64,000 nt of DNA from Stegostoma tigrinum (taxonomy: Eukaryota), in NCBI RefSeq assembly GCF_030684315.1, contig NC_081379.1:21730637-21794636 (forward strand), read 5' to 3'. The position numbers and the translations under genes were made by a program. How positions within the stretch are numbered: position 1 is the first letter of the stretch; each line of letters opens with the position of its first letter. The notes beneath the pieces were generated by a model, which was given only the letters and a program-made list of their open reading frames with translations, was not told the origin of the DNA and searched no databases. Shown here one piece after another: positions 1-14,700 of this stretch.

Positions 1-1559
1 CCACAGGAATGGGCTGACACGTTGCTGAGATAGCCAGCAGAGACTTGATGGGTCAAATAGCTTCCTTCTACACTGTAAATAACACTGTTGGGTTATTAAT
101 TTGTGAATGAAACTTCCAGCTTGCCCCACATTGTGCCTGTAAAGCAGTACAGCAAAATAGAACAATTGACAGATTCATTATTGAATCTATGTGCATTTCT
201 CTTTCTGAACAAGGCCAAAAGGAGAGGTTATTTAATGTTGCACATTAGTCGATCTTCGAAACCCTGAAAACTCCACCCCCAAAATGGGGGCCAATATACA
301 TGCTATCTATTAAAATAAATATCTATCATCGTTTTGAAATAGCATCAGCATCCAACACAAAAAACTCAACATATCTTAGAACTCCTATGCAACTTTGCAA
401 CTTAGTTCACATCATCTTGATCCATGGCAACTGACTAAAGGGAAACACAAAATTGTGGTATGAAAAACTGCAAAATTATTAATCACATATGTGAAAATAG
501 CATATTGTGACTGACAAACATGCTAAGTATATGCAAGAACATGATTCTGAAACCAGGCCAGATCAATTTATAGGCAAATATGGTAATCCAATTCCTTCTT
601 GAATGTATTGACTGAACTCATCTCCACCACATTCCAAGGCTGTACACCTTCCTGATCCCAACCACTCACTGAAAACATCTTTCCTCACATTGCAAAAATA
701 TTAAATCTATGGCAATGGGGCTAGACATTTTATTGTAAAAGTGAGCCAGAAAATTGAACTATGGATTATTAGTTGCTTTAAGTTCATAATTTAAAGCAAA
801 CACAAAACTGTGTAGTCACAACGCTTAGACCGGAGCATATAATTTTAGTGGAGGCTAGACTGAGATACTATTGTGGTGCACACCTGCTGTGGGTTACTGC
901 CCAGTAATAAGGTTTGGATCAGTTCTAAGTAGTAGCTTCTTCGTGAACTAAGGGGAAAGAGATCAGTTGGGATACAGACATTTAAGCCTGCAAGCAAGTA
1001 AAATTGTTCTCCCACGTGTGGAATTTTTAATTGAAGAAATAATGCTTAAAAATTTTGCAAGAGGAAAGAAATTTCTAATTCAAGCCAAGATCAAAGTTCA
1101 ACTGACTGACCATCAAATTGAGGATTTCTGCAGTCAACATCACGTTATCACTGGTAAAAGCCAAAACAAAACTTAAAGTCATCTAATTTTCCATTTTGAA
1201 TTGGACTCTGAGCTTTGTGCCTTTCTACCTCTATATTTTCTTCCCACAATACTCATATTTGTCTCTTTTGTCTGGTCCTTGCTATTCGTGAACGAACATG
1301 TTTATATTTTGATGTAAAGAGGCTACAGTTTAATTTTGTACATTTGCAACAAATACACTATTTTTGCCACATGTTAGAGGTTAAGTTTCTTATAATAATG
1401 CTTTGTTTATTTATTCACTGATGAAACCTGGTCTGAGGTTCATTTATCTTGGATAATGGTCACAATTCAGACATTAACTATCATACAAACTAAATTGGTC
1501 ATATTTTACACTTGCAAAAACTTGTAGAATAGAGTGACTTGAATTCAGGCACAGTATTT

Positions 1560-2120
1560 CCATCAAGGTCACGACACTGTTCCTTCTGGTTCTGAATTCT
1601 TTTACTAACGGGAATAGTTTCTCTCCCATTTCTCTATGCAGATCACTCTTGTTTTTGAGAAACTGCAGCAAATCTCTTTTCAAAAATTCTCATCTCTAAG
1701 GAAGACAGAACCAACTTCTCCTATCTATCTGAAATTCCTCATCCCTGGAACAATTGCCATGAATCGTTTCTGCACTCACTCTAATGCTTTTGCATTCTTC
1801 CTCGGTTATGGTACCCAGAACTGGACACAATATTCCAGTCGAGATCCAACCACTTGTCTGCACAAGTTTAACGAAACTTCTTTGCTTTTGAACTCTACAG
1901 TATAGGATCCTCTAGATTTTATTAACTGTCACCTTATCCTGCCACCTTGAATGATTTATGCATATATACACACAAACTCCTCTCCTCCTGCAGACCATAT
2001 AAATTTTAACCTTCATTTTATTTTACCTTCCCAATTATTTCTTAGCAAAATCAATCATTTCTCACTTCATCTGCATTAAAGTTCATCCGCAATTTGTCCA
2101 CCCAACTCATCAACCAGCCT
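1560..2120 (-). mobile_element. Degenerate CR1-type LINE fragment
   Basis: gatcactctt...atccctggaacaatt...ccagaactggacacaatattcc matches the CR1 ORF2 C-terminus in reverse. Confidence 0.7.
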
Positions 2121-5100
2121 GTTAAATGTCAATTTCTATTAAATATCAAATTCACTGGTTTAAACATGCAGATAAATTTTCATACAAAATATGCAACCTC
2201 TGCACCGTCAAGAACATTTGTAAAGAAACCAGATCTTTCAACATAAGATCACCATATTTATTCACTGGCTGAAATATTACTCCTCAGGTGGTTAACAGGA
2301 GGTAATTTATATCCTGGAATAGAAGAGGGTGAGGTTGAAAAGTGTAATCATTATCTGTAATGTGTCACACCCAGATTAAGACTGCGAGCACAGAATAACT
2401 ATCACACATTGGAATGCGTGAAACGTGAATTTAGTCTCCACTGATCCGAGAAATCTATTATTTTTGACTCTATATTTTGGAAAAAACAGAAGCCAACCTC
2501 ATTTTTATACAAAAAAATCCTTTGCTCCTTCATCTGACTAGAATGTTACCATGAAACTAAGTTGACAATTTCCTTCTATAACCAGGTGAATTAAACTAAA
2601 TCAAATAACAATTTATATAAACTTAGAGATACCTCTTATATATACACACAATAATAAAGTAGAATAACATTTCTTTGACTTCAAAAGCTTCATCACACCT
2701 CAGTGTTCATTTGGCAAGAAATACTACCACTATATATCAACACAGACAACAAATACTGTACAGTTGATTAGGAAATGTAATTATTGTATTAACTAATTAG
2801 GTTCATTTTCTAGGACAGAAGGTACTACAAAGAAGAATTTTGAAATGACACAAAGACCATGAAGTTAGTCACCAGGGAGAAATGGCATAAATTCCTTAAT
2901 GAGATTTCCTGAAACATTCTCCATGAATGCAGCAGAGTTCAGATCTCACAAACATTGGCATATTTTGTTACTTGTTCTGTAAAAATAGCTTTAACATTGC
3001 AAGGTATACAAACAGTGGAAGAGTGGACAAAATTGACAGAACTGGTAATCTAGAAGGCATAGACAAAATTCCTACAAATGTGACAAGGCGGCCAAACAAT
3101 CAATCAATCTACCACCTTGTTGATTAAATTCTGCACAAAGAATTGATGGGCAGTGTTCCTGATTGACCCGCCAATATTTAAGACCTTCAGTGGTAAATTT
3201 AAAGTCACGTAATGTCTTAATATTCACTAGCTCGATGAGTTGATTTCCTGGCAGCAGAAAATAAGTGACAGCCTTCCCAGGTGGGAAAGTGCCCCTGGGG
3301 AGGGACAGGGAGAAGTACAATCCTGACCTTCTCCCCTCCAAACCTTCACATTGACTAATCTGTAGCAATCACCTACCCTCCCAAAATGGTCCCAGTCTCC
3401 ACTGCGGTGCGACATTGTTATCAGCGTGTTGTTGCTGCATGTCTCTGTTGGCCTCCGATGGCCAATAGCTTCAGGTAGGGGCTGGACTTTTCAGTCATGG
3501 CACATAATTCGACAAGAAGCTCACTGGGTTAGCACTTAAGAGGGTGACTGGCACTTAACCTGGTAGACTCTCTCAGTAGCATGGCAGAGAATTGCTTACC
3601 CTTCAAGTCACTTTCCCACACTTGACAAAATGGAAAACCCTTTAAATCCCAACATTGTAAGTTTGAGATTACAAATTGACTTCACAAAATGTCTCAAGAA
3701 TACAAACACAAAAGCAAAATACTATGGATGCCAGAAATCTGAAACGAAGATAGTGGAAATACTCAGGTCGATCTTGCAGCACACAGGAAGAAATAGAGAT
3801 AGAGTTAACATTTCCCTCCTTGCAAGTTTATTTTCTTTCTGGTCATGTAATCCAATACCATCTACAATTCAGCACAATCTAGTACCTCAAGTACGTGCCT
3901 ATTATGTGTAAGCCTTCTCAAGGGGAAAAAAGAATCACAATCCAGTCCAGTTAAACCTTCACTTGACATCTAGACACATGCACCTCCAGCTCAGGTTGTT
4001 GGATTTTATCAGCAGCAGCTGGGGTGCTGAGACAACTATAAAAACTGTACTTGGAAAACACAGCCTGAAACTGGGGGGGGAATTGAAACACTACTCATAG
4101 TGCCAGGTTAAACTGGAATAGTCATAAACCCTGTATACCATTTTTCTGACTAGTCATTGCGATGATTGAAATCAGAGTTGTATAAATACTAAAAATAATG
4201 TTGAGGGAAGAGCAAAATCACAACTGCAGGCAGCAGTTCTAAATAAAATACTTAAGATAAGTCTGGGAAACTGTGTTCTTGGGTTATGCACCATGATATT
4301 GACCAAGCTACAACCCCATACAAGATGAAGGCTCATACAAAATGATAACTAAAAAAAAACGAAGCACTCAAACATTTTAATCATAATTAATTAAAATAAG
4401 CTTATGTATCCTTATTAATCTTAAGGACATAATTAAAGAGTTACAACAATGAACACTAATGCAAAAATTAAAGTTTCAGTGGAAACAGCACATCTGTACT
4501 GGAGCACCCCATCAAATAAAATGGAGTAGTGTTGATTGAGATACTGACAGTTCACCGGAGTTCTTCAGTCTGAAAACATATGCAACATATGGAAACAATC
4601 TGCATGAGCCAGTCTGCCTTAAACTCAGAAAAATGTGGTTGGGAGTAAAAGAAAATACTTTGATAAGGGCAAATAACATACATCATGATGTTTAAAGGAA
4701 CACAAAGAATATTCTAAGAATGGCTACCTTCATAAAGTAATAGGCTTGCATTTCTGATCCTCCTTATTATACTCTCATATCTATTATATACAGAAGATTA
4801 TACTTGCAGAATAGAACTTTTTCCCCTACTGATCTTATATCCATGCCTTCATAAGCTTAGCATTTTAAAAAGCATTTTTTAAAAAAAAATATTTAAATGA
4901 ATAAGAAAATAATTGTTCAATTTTAAACAGTAATGTACAACAATCTAGGTAGACATAAAGGGGGGGAAGCTTGTAATCAGATGAATGTATTTAATATCTG
5001 GGCAAATTAAACTCGATGGCTAGGAAGTACAGATTCCTTACGAACTGTTAAAATATTACAAAAAGGAGTAGGTTAATACATCCCACTAAGTTTCAAGGCA

Positions 5101-5708
5101 CCGAAGCGAAAAAATGCATTAAAACGCAAAAAGTCAATTTTAAAATTCATAAAGCTTAATGCATTCCAAAGTTGAAAATATATTTGCAGACAATGACGAT
5201 TATTTATTCCAGTTCGAAGTGTTTTTAAGATCCATTTATCCACAGGGTCGTTATCCTTTGGCTTCATGCCAAAGTCCAATAAATTCTTATATCCTATTTT
5301 GAACTAGTCCATTTCATTCTGTTTAAGTTGACATTAATTGAAATCTTTACTCAACAGACACTATCATGGGAACCTAGATATTAAGCTTGTCGCTTTTTGA
5401 CTGCTATGATAAATCTGTAATACAGAATCTATCATTTAAAGATCTGGGCTACTGATATCATTAGTCTTGTTTTTAAAAAAATATATCTCATGTTAGGCTG
5501 TTTGTGTTTCGGTTCTCCATCTTCAACCAAATGATACATAGTCACACCATCAACTTAAGTGACATTGTAGACCAAAGGTATTATCTGAGTTTTTGGTCAA
5601 TTAAAAGCACAATTGCAGAATCTTGCAGTTGTGTATAAATATTTGGCAAGTAAACCTCGCCATATAATTATTCTCCTTCAATTTCTTCAATAAGAGATCT
5701 TCACTTAC

Positions 5709-5743
5709 CTGTGAGATAGTGAGTACTAGCCCATTGAATGAAC
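5709..5743 (-). CDS. ABCB half-transporter coding exon 10 (35 nt, TM5): (G)SFNGLVLTISQ
   Basis: gtgttttttcag acceptor, CAG|gtaagt donor; phase 1 matches the previous exon; G.F.G pattern of TM5. Confidence 0.82.
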
Positions 5744-8700
5744 CTGAAAAAACACGAGTAAGAAGGATAAGTAATATAAAATGAAATAACAGACTGTTGT
5801 CATTCATGCATGTAAATGCTCCATTTTGCAATCATATGAATTAGGCAAAATAAATAAGTGAACAATATGGAAATTTAGTCTTAAAATACAATCACACAAT
5901 CACAGACTTGTTTTGGTGCAGGAAGCCATTTGGCCAATCATATTTTCACCATCACTCTGAGTGAATATGACAACTTTGTGCCATTCTTCTGCTTTGTCCT
6001 GGCAATTATTTGAATAGAAGCATTCATTGAGTATCTCAATCCAACCTACCTCCATCGCACTTCCAAGCAGAGCAGTTGGGAGCCTAACTACTAACTGTGT
6101 GAAAAAGTTCCTCGTAAAACATTTGTTTCTTTTGCAAATTACCTCATAGAACATTACAGCACAGTACAGGCGCTTCGGCCCTCGATGTTGTGCCGACCGG
6201 TCATACAATTCTAACCTACACTATTCCATGTACGTGCATATGCTCATCCAATGACGACTTAAATGTACCTAAAGTTGGCGAATCTACTACCTCATCAGTA
6301 TATTCGCGTTCTTGATCCTTTTATGCAATGGACCTTTTTCTCCTGTCTACTCTATCCAGCTCCCTCATAATTTGGAAAACTTCTATCAAATGAAAACAGT
6401 CCCTATCTCCACTCTATCTTCATAACTGAAATTCCTCATTCCTGAAACCATTCTTATAAATCCCTTCATAACTGTCTCCAATGTGTGAATATTCTGCCTG
6501 CATGGTGGCACCCCGAACTGCACACAGCACTCCAGCTACGGTCTAAAATAGTTTTATACATGTTCAGCATAACCTCTTTGCTCTCAAACTTGATGCATCT
6601 ATTAATAAAGTCCAGGACACACTTTTGTTTTATGAAACTGCTCTCTGTGCTTGTTCTGCTACCCTTAATGACTTCTACACCTGTAGATCCAGGTCTGTTA
6701 CTGTTCCTGGACATCCATTATGGTATCCTTTTGAGTATATGTCCTTCAATTGTTCTTTGCACCAATACACATCAGCTCATATTTCTGCACATTTGAACTT
6801 CAGACTGTCAGTTGCTTTTTACAGTTCTACACTGTCCTCACGCTCACTCAAGCGAGACTGTGTGTGCGCGCGCGCATGTGTAGTGGAAACGTCACTCGTG
6901 AACAAGAGGCTCAGGCTGTGGCGTGGGTTTGAATTCCACCATGGCAGATAGTGAAATCTGAGTTCAATAAAATCTGGTATTAAAAGCCAGTCTCATGCTG
7001 AGCAAGCAAGCATCATTGATTATTGTAAAAACCCATCAAATTCACTAATGTCCTTTAGGAAGGAAATCTGTTGTCCTTACCTAGACTTGTACATGACGCC
7101 AGGCCTACAGCTGTATGGTTGACTTTCAACTATATTTTGAAATGGTCTAGCAAATTACTCAGTTCAAGGACAGTTAGCGATGGGCAACAAATACTGATCT
7201 TGTCAACGACACTCCAATTTCACGCAAGAGCAAAGTAATGTACATATCTCACGAAAGCAAAAGTTTGCCTTCCCATTTGTGACTTATAGACTGAATAATG
7301 AAATTGCATCTTTTGCGCTCCCTAGCTCGGTCCTTGAATCTGCTGGAACACTCTCCCAACTTTTGTTCCCCTTAACTATCCATCCTCCATTTCTTCCTTT
7401 CCTAAAGGTCCTATATCCAGGAATATTTCACATTTAGTGCTGCTCTTTCCTGAGCTAGGTCTTAAGTAATTTGGATTATCTGAACTCATTATACCAGTGA
7501 GGTTAATCATCATGGAAATGCTGATTGCTCTTGCTGGTTATTATAATTAAAAGTTGAGAGAGTAATTCAAGTGCCTGAAACCATTCAATCCTGTACAAAG
7601 AACCTTAAAATCCCTACAGTGCAGAAAGAGGTCATTTGCCCAGAATCTGCACTGACTGTCCAAAGCTAACACTAGCTTTTAGCTAATTAGCTAACACTAA
7701 TTGCCACTTACCAGCCCAAGCCTGGATGCTGTCCAGAGGGCATCCAACACAAACCCAGACGCAGGCCACCCCTCAACAACCCCCTCAAACCCTATCCCCA
7801 CAACCCCACATTTACCACAGCTAACTCACCTAGTCTTCACATCCCTGGATACTATAAGCAATTTACCACAGCAACAAAGAGGCTACATTTTGTATTAGTT
7901 ACAAAATGGTTGTTTAAAATCCCTTTGGGTATCATTCCAGTGATCAGAATCAACACTCTATATAAACTTCTGTAATTATGATCATGGCACTATTCTAATT
8001 AACTTATTAGTGAGGATTACTGAACTTGAAAAATGAACCTTGTACAGCTGAATTTTACACAAGGTACTGATCATACCACTATTTCAGCAGACACAAGGCA
8101 CCAAATAAATTCACATAATTAAATTTAATTCATGAGATGTAGGTGCTACTGGTTAAGCCAGTATTTATTGCCCATCATTATTGCCTTTGAGAAGGTCATG
8201 GTAAGCTGTGTTCTTGAAACATGGTAGTCCTTCGAATGTAGAGAGTTCGGCAGTGCTGTTAGGAAGGGTATGCCAGGATTTTTACCCATCAACAGCAAAG
8301 GAATGGTAATGTAGTTCCACATCGAGATGGTACATGGCTTGGATGGAAATAGTGCGTAGTGGTGGTCCCATGCACCTATTACCGTTGTTATTCTAGGTGG
8401 TTGATGTTCGAGATAGGGAAGATGCATTTGGAGGAGCCTTGTTGAGTTGCTGCAATGAATCTTGCAGATGGTGCATACTGCTGCTACAGTGAATCAGTGG
8501 TAAGGGAGTGAACATGGAAGACAGTATATGATATACCAAGCAAGCAGGCGACTGTGTTCTGGATTGCAACAAGGTTCTTGTGTGCTGTTGGAGCTGCAAG
8601 TTTCAAGTATTCCATTACACTCCTAACTTGTGCCTTTTGAAAGACATTGCAGAAACAGACAGTGAATTACTTGCCACAGAATTCACATCTCTGACTGGAT

Positions 8701-11700
8701 CTTGTCACCACAGTATTTGTATGGTTGTTTCAGTTCAGTTTCTGGTCAATGGCAACACCTAGGATTCAGTGATGGTCCCTTTTGTTGGAAGTGATCATTA
8801 TTTGATATTTGCATGCTGCTAACACTAACTGCCACTTACCACCCCAATCCTGGATGCTGTCAGATCTTGCAGCATATTAACACATACTGCTTCAGTACTC
8901 AAGTAGTCATGAATGCTGAACATAATGTAATTATCATGGGGTGTCCCCATTCTGAGGTTATGATGGTCACTGCTGAAGGAGTTAAAGATGGCTGGATCAA
9001 GGACACTACCCTTAAGAACACCTGCAGCAATATTCTATGGCTGAAATAACTGACATTCAACAACCACAACCATCTTTCTTTCTGCTAGGTGTACCTCCAA
9101 CCAACAGCAATCTATTCCCCTAGTTTTCAATGATTCCAGTTTTGTTGGAGCTCCTCATTGTTGCACTTCGTGAAATGCTGCCTTGATGTCAAGGGCAGTC
9201 ACTCATCTCACTTCTGGAGATCAGCTCTTTCGTCAGTGTTTGGGACAAGCCTGCAAAGAGTTCAGGAGTTGAGCGACCCTAGTGAAATCCAAATTGAGCG
9301 TCAGTGTGCTGGTTACTGCTGGCCAGATTTCATTCTCCACAAGGAAATTTGTGAAGTATGTGGGCTTTACAACAAACAATAGACAAGACTTTTAGTTCCA
9401 GATTTTTATTTATTTAATTCAAATTTCATTTTCTGTTGTGGTGATATTCAAACCCATGACCCCAGAGCATAGCCGAGGACTTAGGTTTACTAGATTGGTG
9501 ATAATACCACAGAGACACTATCTCCCCTCCACTGATTTACGAATTATAGCAGAGAGAAATTAATTTCTATCGACATTCCTGTACTTAGCTGTTAAGAATG
9601 CAATGTCCTCTTAAAAAAATAAAGGCATTACCTTCAATTTGTTTAGAACATTGTAATCCAAATAGATTCAGGTAATTTGCCTCCCATGGACAGCTATTTA
9701 AACATTTTGTACATACTAAGATTTTAACGAGCATTTAGATTAATGAATGGGAAGTCTGGCCCAGAACAGCTCCTGAACTTCAGGGTCACTCTACACAAAG
9801 TCAGAAAATTCTCTCTGTAGTCTCAATTTAAGAACATGTTTCAACTAGTTTTCATGGGTTATTCAGTTACGTTGCATGAAGATTAGTTGAACGTATTTCA
9901 ATTTAAACCACAATCAAGGACACCAGAGTTGTATTTTACGCATATACTTTAAAGGTATAATAAACTCCTCATTATAGGCAGCAAAACACAAGTTATAAAA
10001 TAGATCAACAGACAGCAAATTTTTAAAACAGAAAATACAGGAAATACTCAGTCTGGTATCATCTGTGAAGGAAGAGAATTAATCTTTTAGGTTGATGACC
10101 TTTCATTAGAATCGAGACGTTATAAACAGGATACATTTTAAGAAAATGAAAGGGGCATGGCAGAGAAATCTCAAAAGGGAAGATCTGTGCCCAGGTTGAA
10201 GTCAGGCATGATTAAGTCACAAAAGGGTTATTGCTGCAAGTCCAAAGGGGATGAAAAGTACAGCAAGTGAGAAACATTGAGAAGAAGAAACTAAACAAAA
10301 TAGAGGCATTGATTATGGTCTGACATTATTGAATTCACCATAGAATCTAGAAAGCTGCAACATGCATAATGAAAAGACGAGGTTCTGTTCTTTGATATTA
10401 CATAAGCTTCACTAAAATACTGCAGGATGCCAAGGGCAGAGAGATTAGCAAGAAATCAAGAAGCAGAAAGAAAATGACAGGTAATTGGAAGTTTGGAGCG
10501 ATGCCTGCAGCCTGAGCCGAGGTATTCCCCAAAATGGTCAGTCAAACTGCCCAATTTTGGGCCCCACACCTCAGGAAGGACATACTGGCGCTGGAGCGTG
10601 TCCAGCAGAGATTCACACGGATGATCCCTGGAATGGTAGGTTTAGTGTACGATGAACAGATAGGGATCCTGGGATTGTATTCATTACAGCTTAGAAGGTT
10701 GAGGGGAAATCTAATAGAAACTTACAAGATAATGTATGGCTTCGAAACAGTGGATGCTGGGAAGTTGTTTCCGTTAGGTGGGGAGACTAGGACCCGTGGG
10801 CACAGCCTTAGAATTAGAGGGGGTAAATTTAAAACGGAAATGAGGAGACATTTCTTCAGCCAGAGTGGGGGACCTGTGGAATTCATTGTCACGGAGTGCA
10901 GTGAAGGTCGGGACGTTAGATACCTTCAAAGCAGAGATTGATAAATTCTTGAACTCACAAGGAATCAAGGGCTACAGGGGTGAGTGCAGGGAAGTGGAGT
11001 TGAAACACCCATCAGCATGATTTAAATGACAGAGTTGACTCAATGGGGCGAATGATCTTACTTCCACTCCTATGTCTTATGGTCTTAAATTGGATTGATT
11101 TGTCAGTGTTGAGCAAACAATAGTGTAAGTTGAAAATGCAGTGTATTAATTTGAAAGGAATGCACTAAGATCATTGATAATCAGAAAGAAGCTTGGACTT
11201 TTGTTGGTGAAGATTAAGGAACAGTCGTTATATCCCTGAGCTTGCATGAAAAAGATGCCTTGGAAAGGGAGGGAAAAGTTGGGGTGATTGAGAAGTGGAC
11301 AGGGATTAATGGAGGGATCAATCTGAAAGCACTAATTAGCCTACATGTAAGCAAACTCTCTCAAATGTTGCTTCAAAGAGGATAGTTTTAAAAAGGGATA
11401 AAAAGTCTGCAGGCAACCAATGATCAAATGGAAAAGGACATATTGAACACTTATAAATCAAGATAAACTAACACCCAAATTTAGAAAGACAAGCTTGAAA
11501 AATTGCACCTTCCAGACATCTTGATATATAAAACTAAATATTCCATTCATTTTGTTGCCTAAAATTTACCAGCCTGTATCACTGCGTATTATACTTCCTG
11601 AGAAGTTTAAATACAATATAATGATGGGACATTAATTTAAAAGATCAAGTTGATGCCGTTCAAAAGGCATTGCATATGTTGTAAAATAGTGATGACATTT

Positions 11701-14700
11701 TTTTAAAAAACAAACCAGGAAGTAATGCAGACACAATGGGCTCATATTGAAACGAGAAGGAATTAGAAAAAAAAAGTTACGATTAGGCGTTTTCCAAGCT
11801 TGGATTTGACATACTTATAGGAGTATCAAAAAATTTTACATATGCTTTCAAATCGTGAAAAGTATTAAATGTTCTAAATGGTGCCAAAGTAACAACTCTG
11901 AGAAGATAAAGAATTACAGCACATCACTTAATTCACAATACTCCTCCATAAAATGGAAATTAACTAAGGTCTTCAAAAAGATTTCAATCATTTGATCATT
12001 TTACAATTTCTTTCTTAGAATACTATTAAAAGTCTATTAGTTTCTCCAGCCACAAAAGCTGGACAGACCAAATAAAAACTTGGGTATCTTAATAACCTCA
12101 AATATTTATTAATGCCCTCAAGTAGCAACACTTCTTCTCAAGGAACTGACTGAATGAACAGGAAATTGAGATAGAAATCAGAATAATTTTCAAGAGATGT
12201 TTACCCAGTACTGTGGGTGGAATAAGAATGTAGAATTCAGAAAATCCTACTGAATAATACCTTCCGCCAAAGCCAGCTTTTTTCCAATCAGATAGCTTTT
12301 ATCTATTCCTTTGTTGTACTGTTCTTCACATTTCTTTTCACTGCAGAAAGTCCTCACAGTACGAATGTTAGAGATGGTCTCCTCTGCCACTGCACCAACA
12401 GCTGCCAGTTCATCCTGAAATCTTTTTCGTAATCTCTTCACAAACTCCCCTGGAAAATCAAGATAAACCAACCTATGTTATCACCCTTTCAAAAATAATT
12501 TACTGAGCAGCCAATTTTATTCTATTGTTGAAATACATATTTTGAGAAATGGTGAAACATAACAGTGCAACATTTTTTAAATTCCCCTGCTTGGTCAAAT
12601 TACTTTATTCTAATCCACCAATAAGTTCACGATGACTAGAAGCACACAACAACGACATGCCACAAGTGAACTTAAATATTAATCCTGATTGCAAATTGAG
12701 CCTCAAAAGAACAAATGGAAGAAATAAATTCATACAAACTTCCATGGATGTTCTACAGTCATATCTTTGAACAAATTTGCATAGTAGCCCCTTGTAAAGT
12801 TCTATGGTTGGAAGCAGACAATGTCAAAGCAATCCCTGGGCAAATGCGATATTTATCACAATTTTTAAAACTGCAGACTGGCAGCTGACAAGTGGTCACT
12901 AATTGTCTAGTGTCAAAATAAAATTAAAACCAGCAAAACCATTCAAAATCACAGCACATAAGTCGACTGCACAAACCAACACATTATTTTGCGACATTTT
13001 TCACTCCATCATGGTGATTTCATGATGTTAGGAAGTACTGTAATTTATGTGAACAAATACACAATACTGGTTACTTTCCACATACCTTTCAGAATGTTCC
13101 AGAATCCTCAGCAGATTTTCTTTACAAGCTCCCAAATGTGGCATGCTTTCAATGAGCTTCCAAAATCCCATACCACCAGACGTAAATGCACAGGAATTGG
13201 ATTTTGTTCCCCATACAGAATGAGAATCCAACCTTAGTAGGAGCATGTATGAATTTTCACAGTATGTATTCCCAGTCTGGAAACAGGTGACAGGAAAATG
13301 ATGTGGGGCTCGGAAAGCAGCGCAAAATCAGGGATTTCTTTCAGGAAATCCAAGTGTGACTATTCTGCACAGAAATTTGCCTTCTCGCTCATATGTAAAT
13401 TTGGGCTCTAGTCTTTGTACTTTAAGTAGGATTAAGAGTCACTGGAAAAGGGTGGAAAAATGTTCCAGGGATGATAACTGAAAAAAACAAAATGAACACA
13501 CGTGGCTATTTTACCTGGGAAAAAAAAAGACAAGAAGTGGCCTGATAGAAGTCTTTGAAATGATTAAGGGGTTAATAAGTAAATTTTAGAGGTGCATCCA
13601 CTTGTTGGGGCTTCTAGGAAAGTAAGCCAGTAAAGGTTTTTAAGATTATTGGAGCTTTTCATATGGTAGAAGTAGAGATATAGTTTCAATTTTGGGTTAG
13701 AGAAACTAGAACCAGGTGGCTAAAAATAAAGTTGGTCACTGATAAATCTAAAAAACTTCAAAAAGGAATCTGTTTACCCAGGCAACAGCTAGAATGCAGA
13801 GCTCACAAGGTGTAGTTCTGGCAATTAACAGATGCCTTCTGGAGGAAGCCAGCTAAGCACATGGAAGGGGGCTCTAATATGCTGTATGAACACAGGCACA
13901 AATGTCTTGTACTGTAAATACTGTGTTTTTTTTTTATTATCCAAAATTGTAATGGCAGAGCAAGTAGCATTAACCTGCAGCTAGATCTATGAAGCAAAGT
14001 AATTCAAGTCAAGCAGTAATAATAAAGTTGAAGATGTAGGAGAAAAAAAAAATTTAACACAGGTTTTAAAGAAAACAAAAAGGAAAAAAGTACCTAAATA
14101 AAAATGATGGCAGCATAGCTGACCATTCCAATGTAAATGCGATTTAATAATGACAATTAACCTTCTCTAATAAACAAATTGCATGAGGCTGAAATTCAAC
14201 TCACCATATAGGACACCTCCAATTGCTACAACTGGGATAGAGGCGAGCAGCACTCCAGTCAATGCTGGGCTTACAACAAACATAAGAACTACAGAACCTA
14301 TTATTTGAAACGTGTATCGTAGCAACATGGACAGATTCACCTGCAAAAGAAAAATTATACAAAAACATGACTTCGCCGTCATCTTATAATTTACACCACT
14401 ATTTATAGAGCTTGGTTCAATTCTCATACAGTACAATACAGATGATAAACACTGCACAAAATAGGAATAGCTTTTTAAAAATAATAACGTCAAGATCAAA
14501 GTTAGACTTGTAAATCTTAACCTTACAGTGATCACACATCAGCTGATGCAGCAACAAAGATGTTGTCGCTAATATTCATAGATACACAGCATAAATTCTA
14601 CGTTGTTACTTCTGCATTACCTCCACTTCTGCTGAAAAAAGGACGTCAAATAACAAATTTTGCTGTTTGCTTCATAACAAACTTACGTTGGTGTTTGTTC

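Noticed and set aside
2697-2756. Possible next exon on the minus strand (YLLSVLIYSGSISCQMNTE)
   Set aside because: Weak acceptor and donor and poor match to the expected TM5-TM6 'VLWYGG.LV..G' motif; the real downstream exons probably lie beyond position 1.
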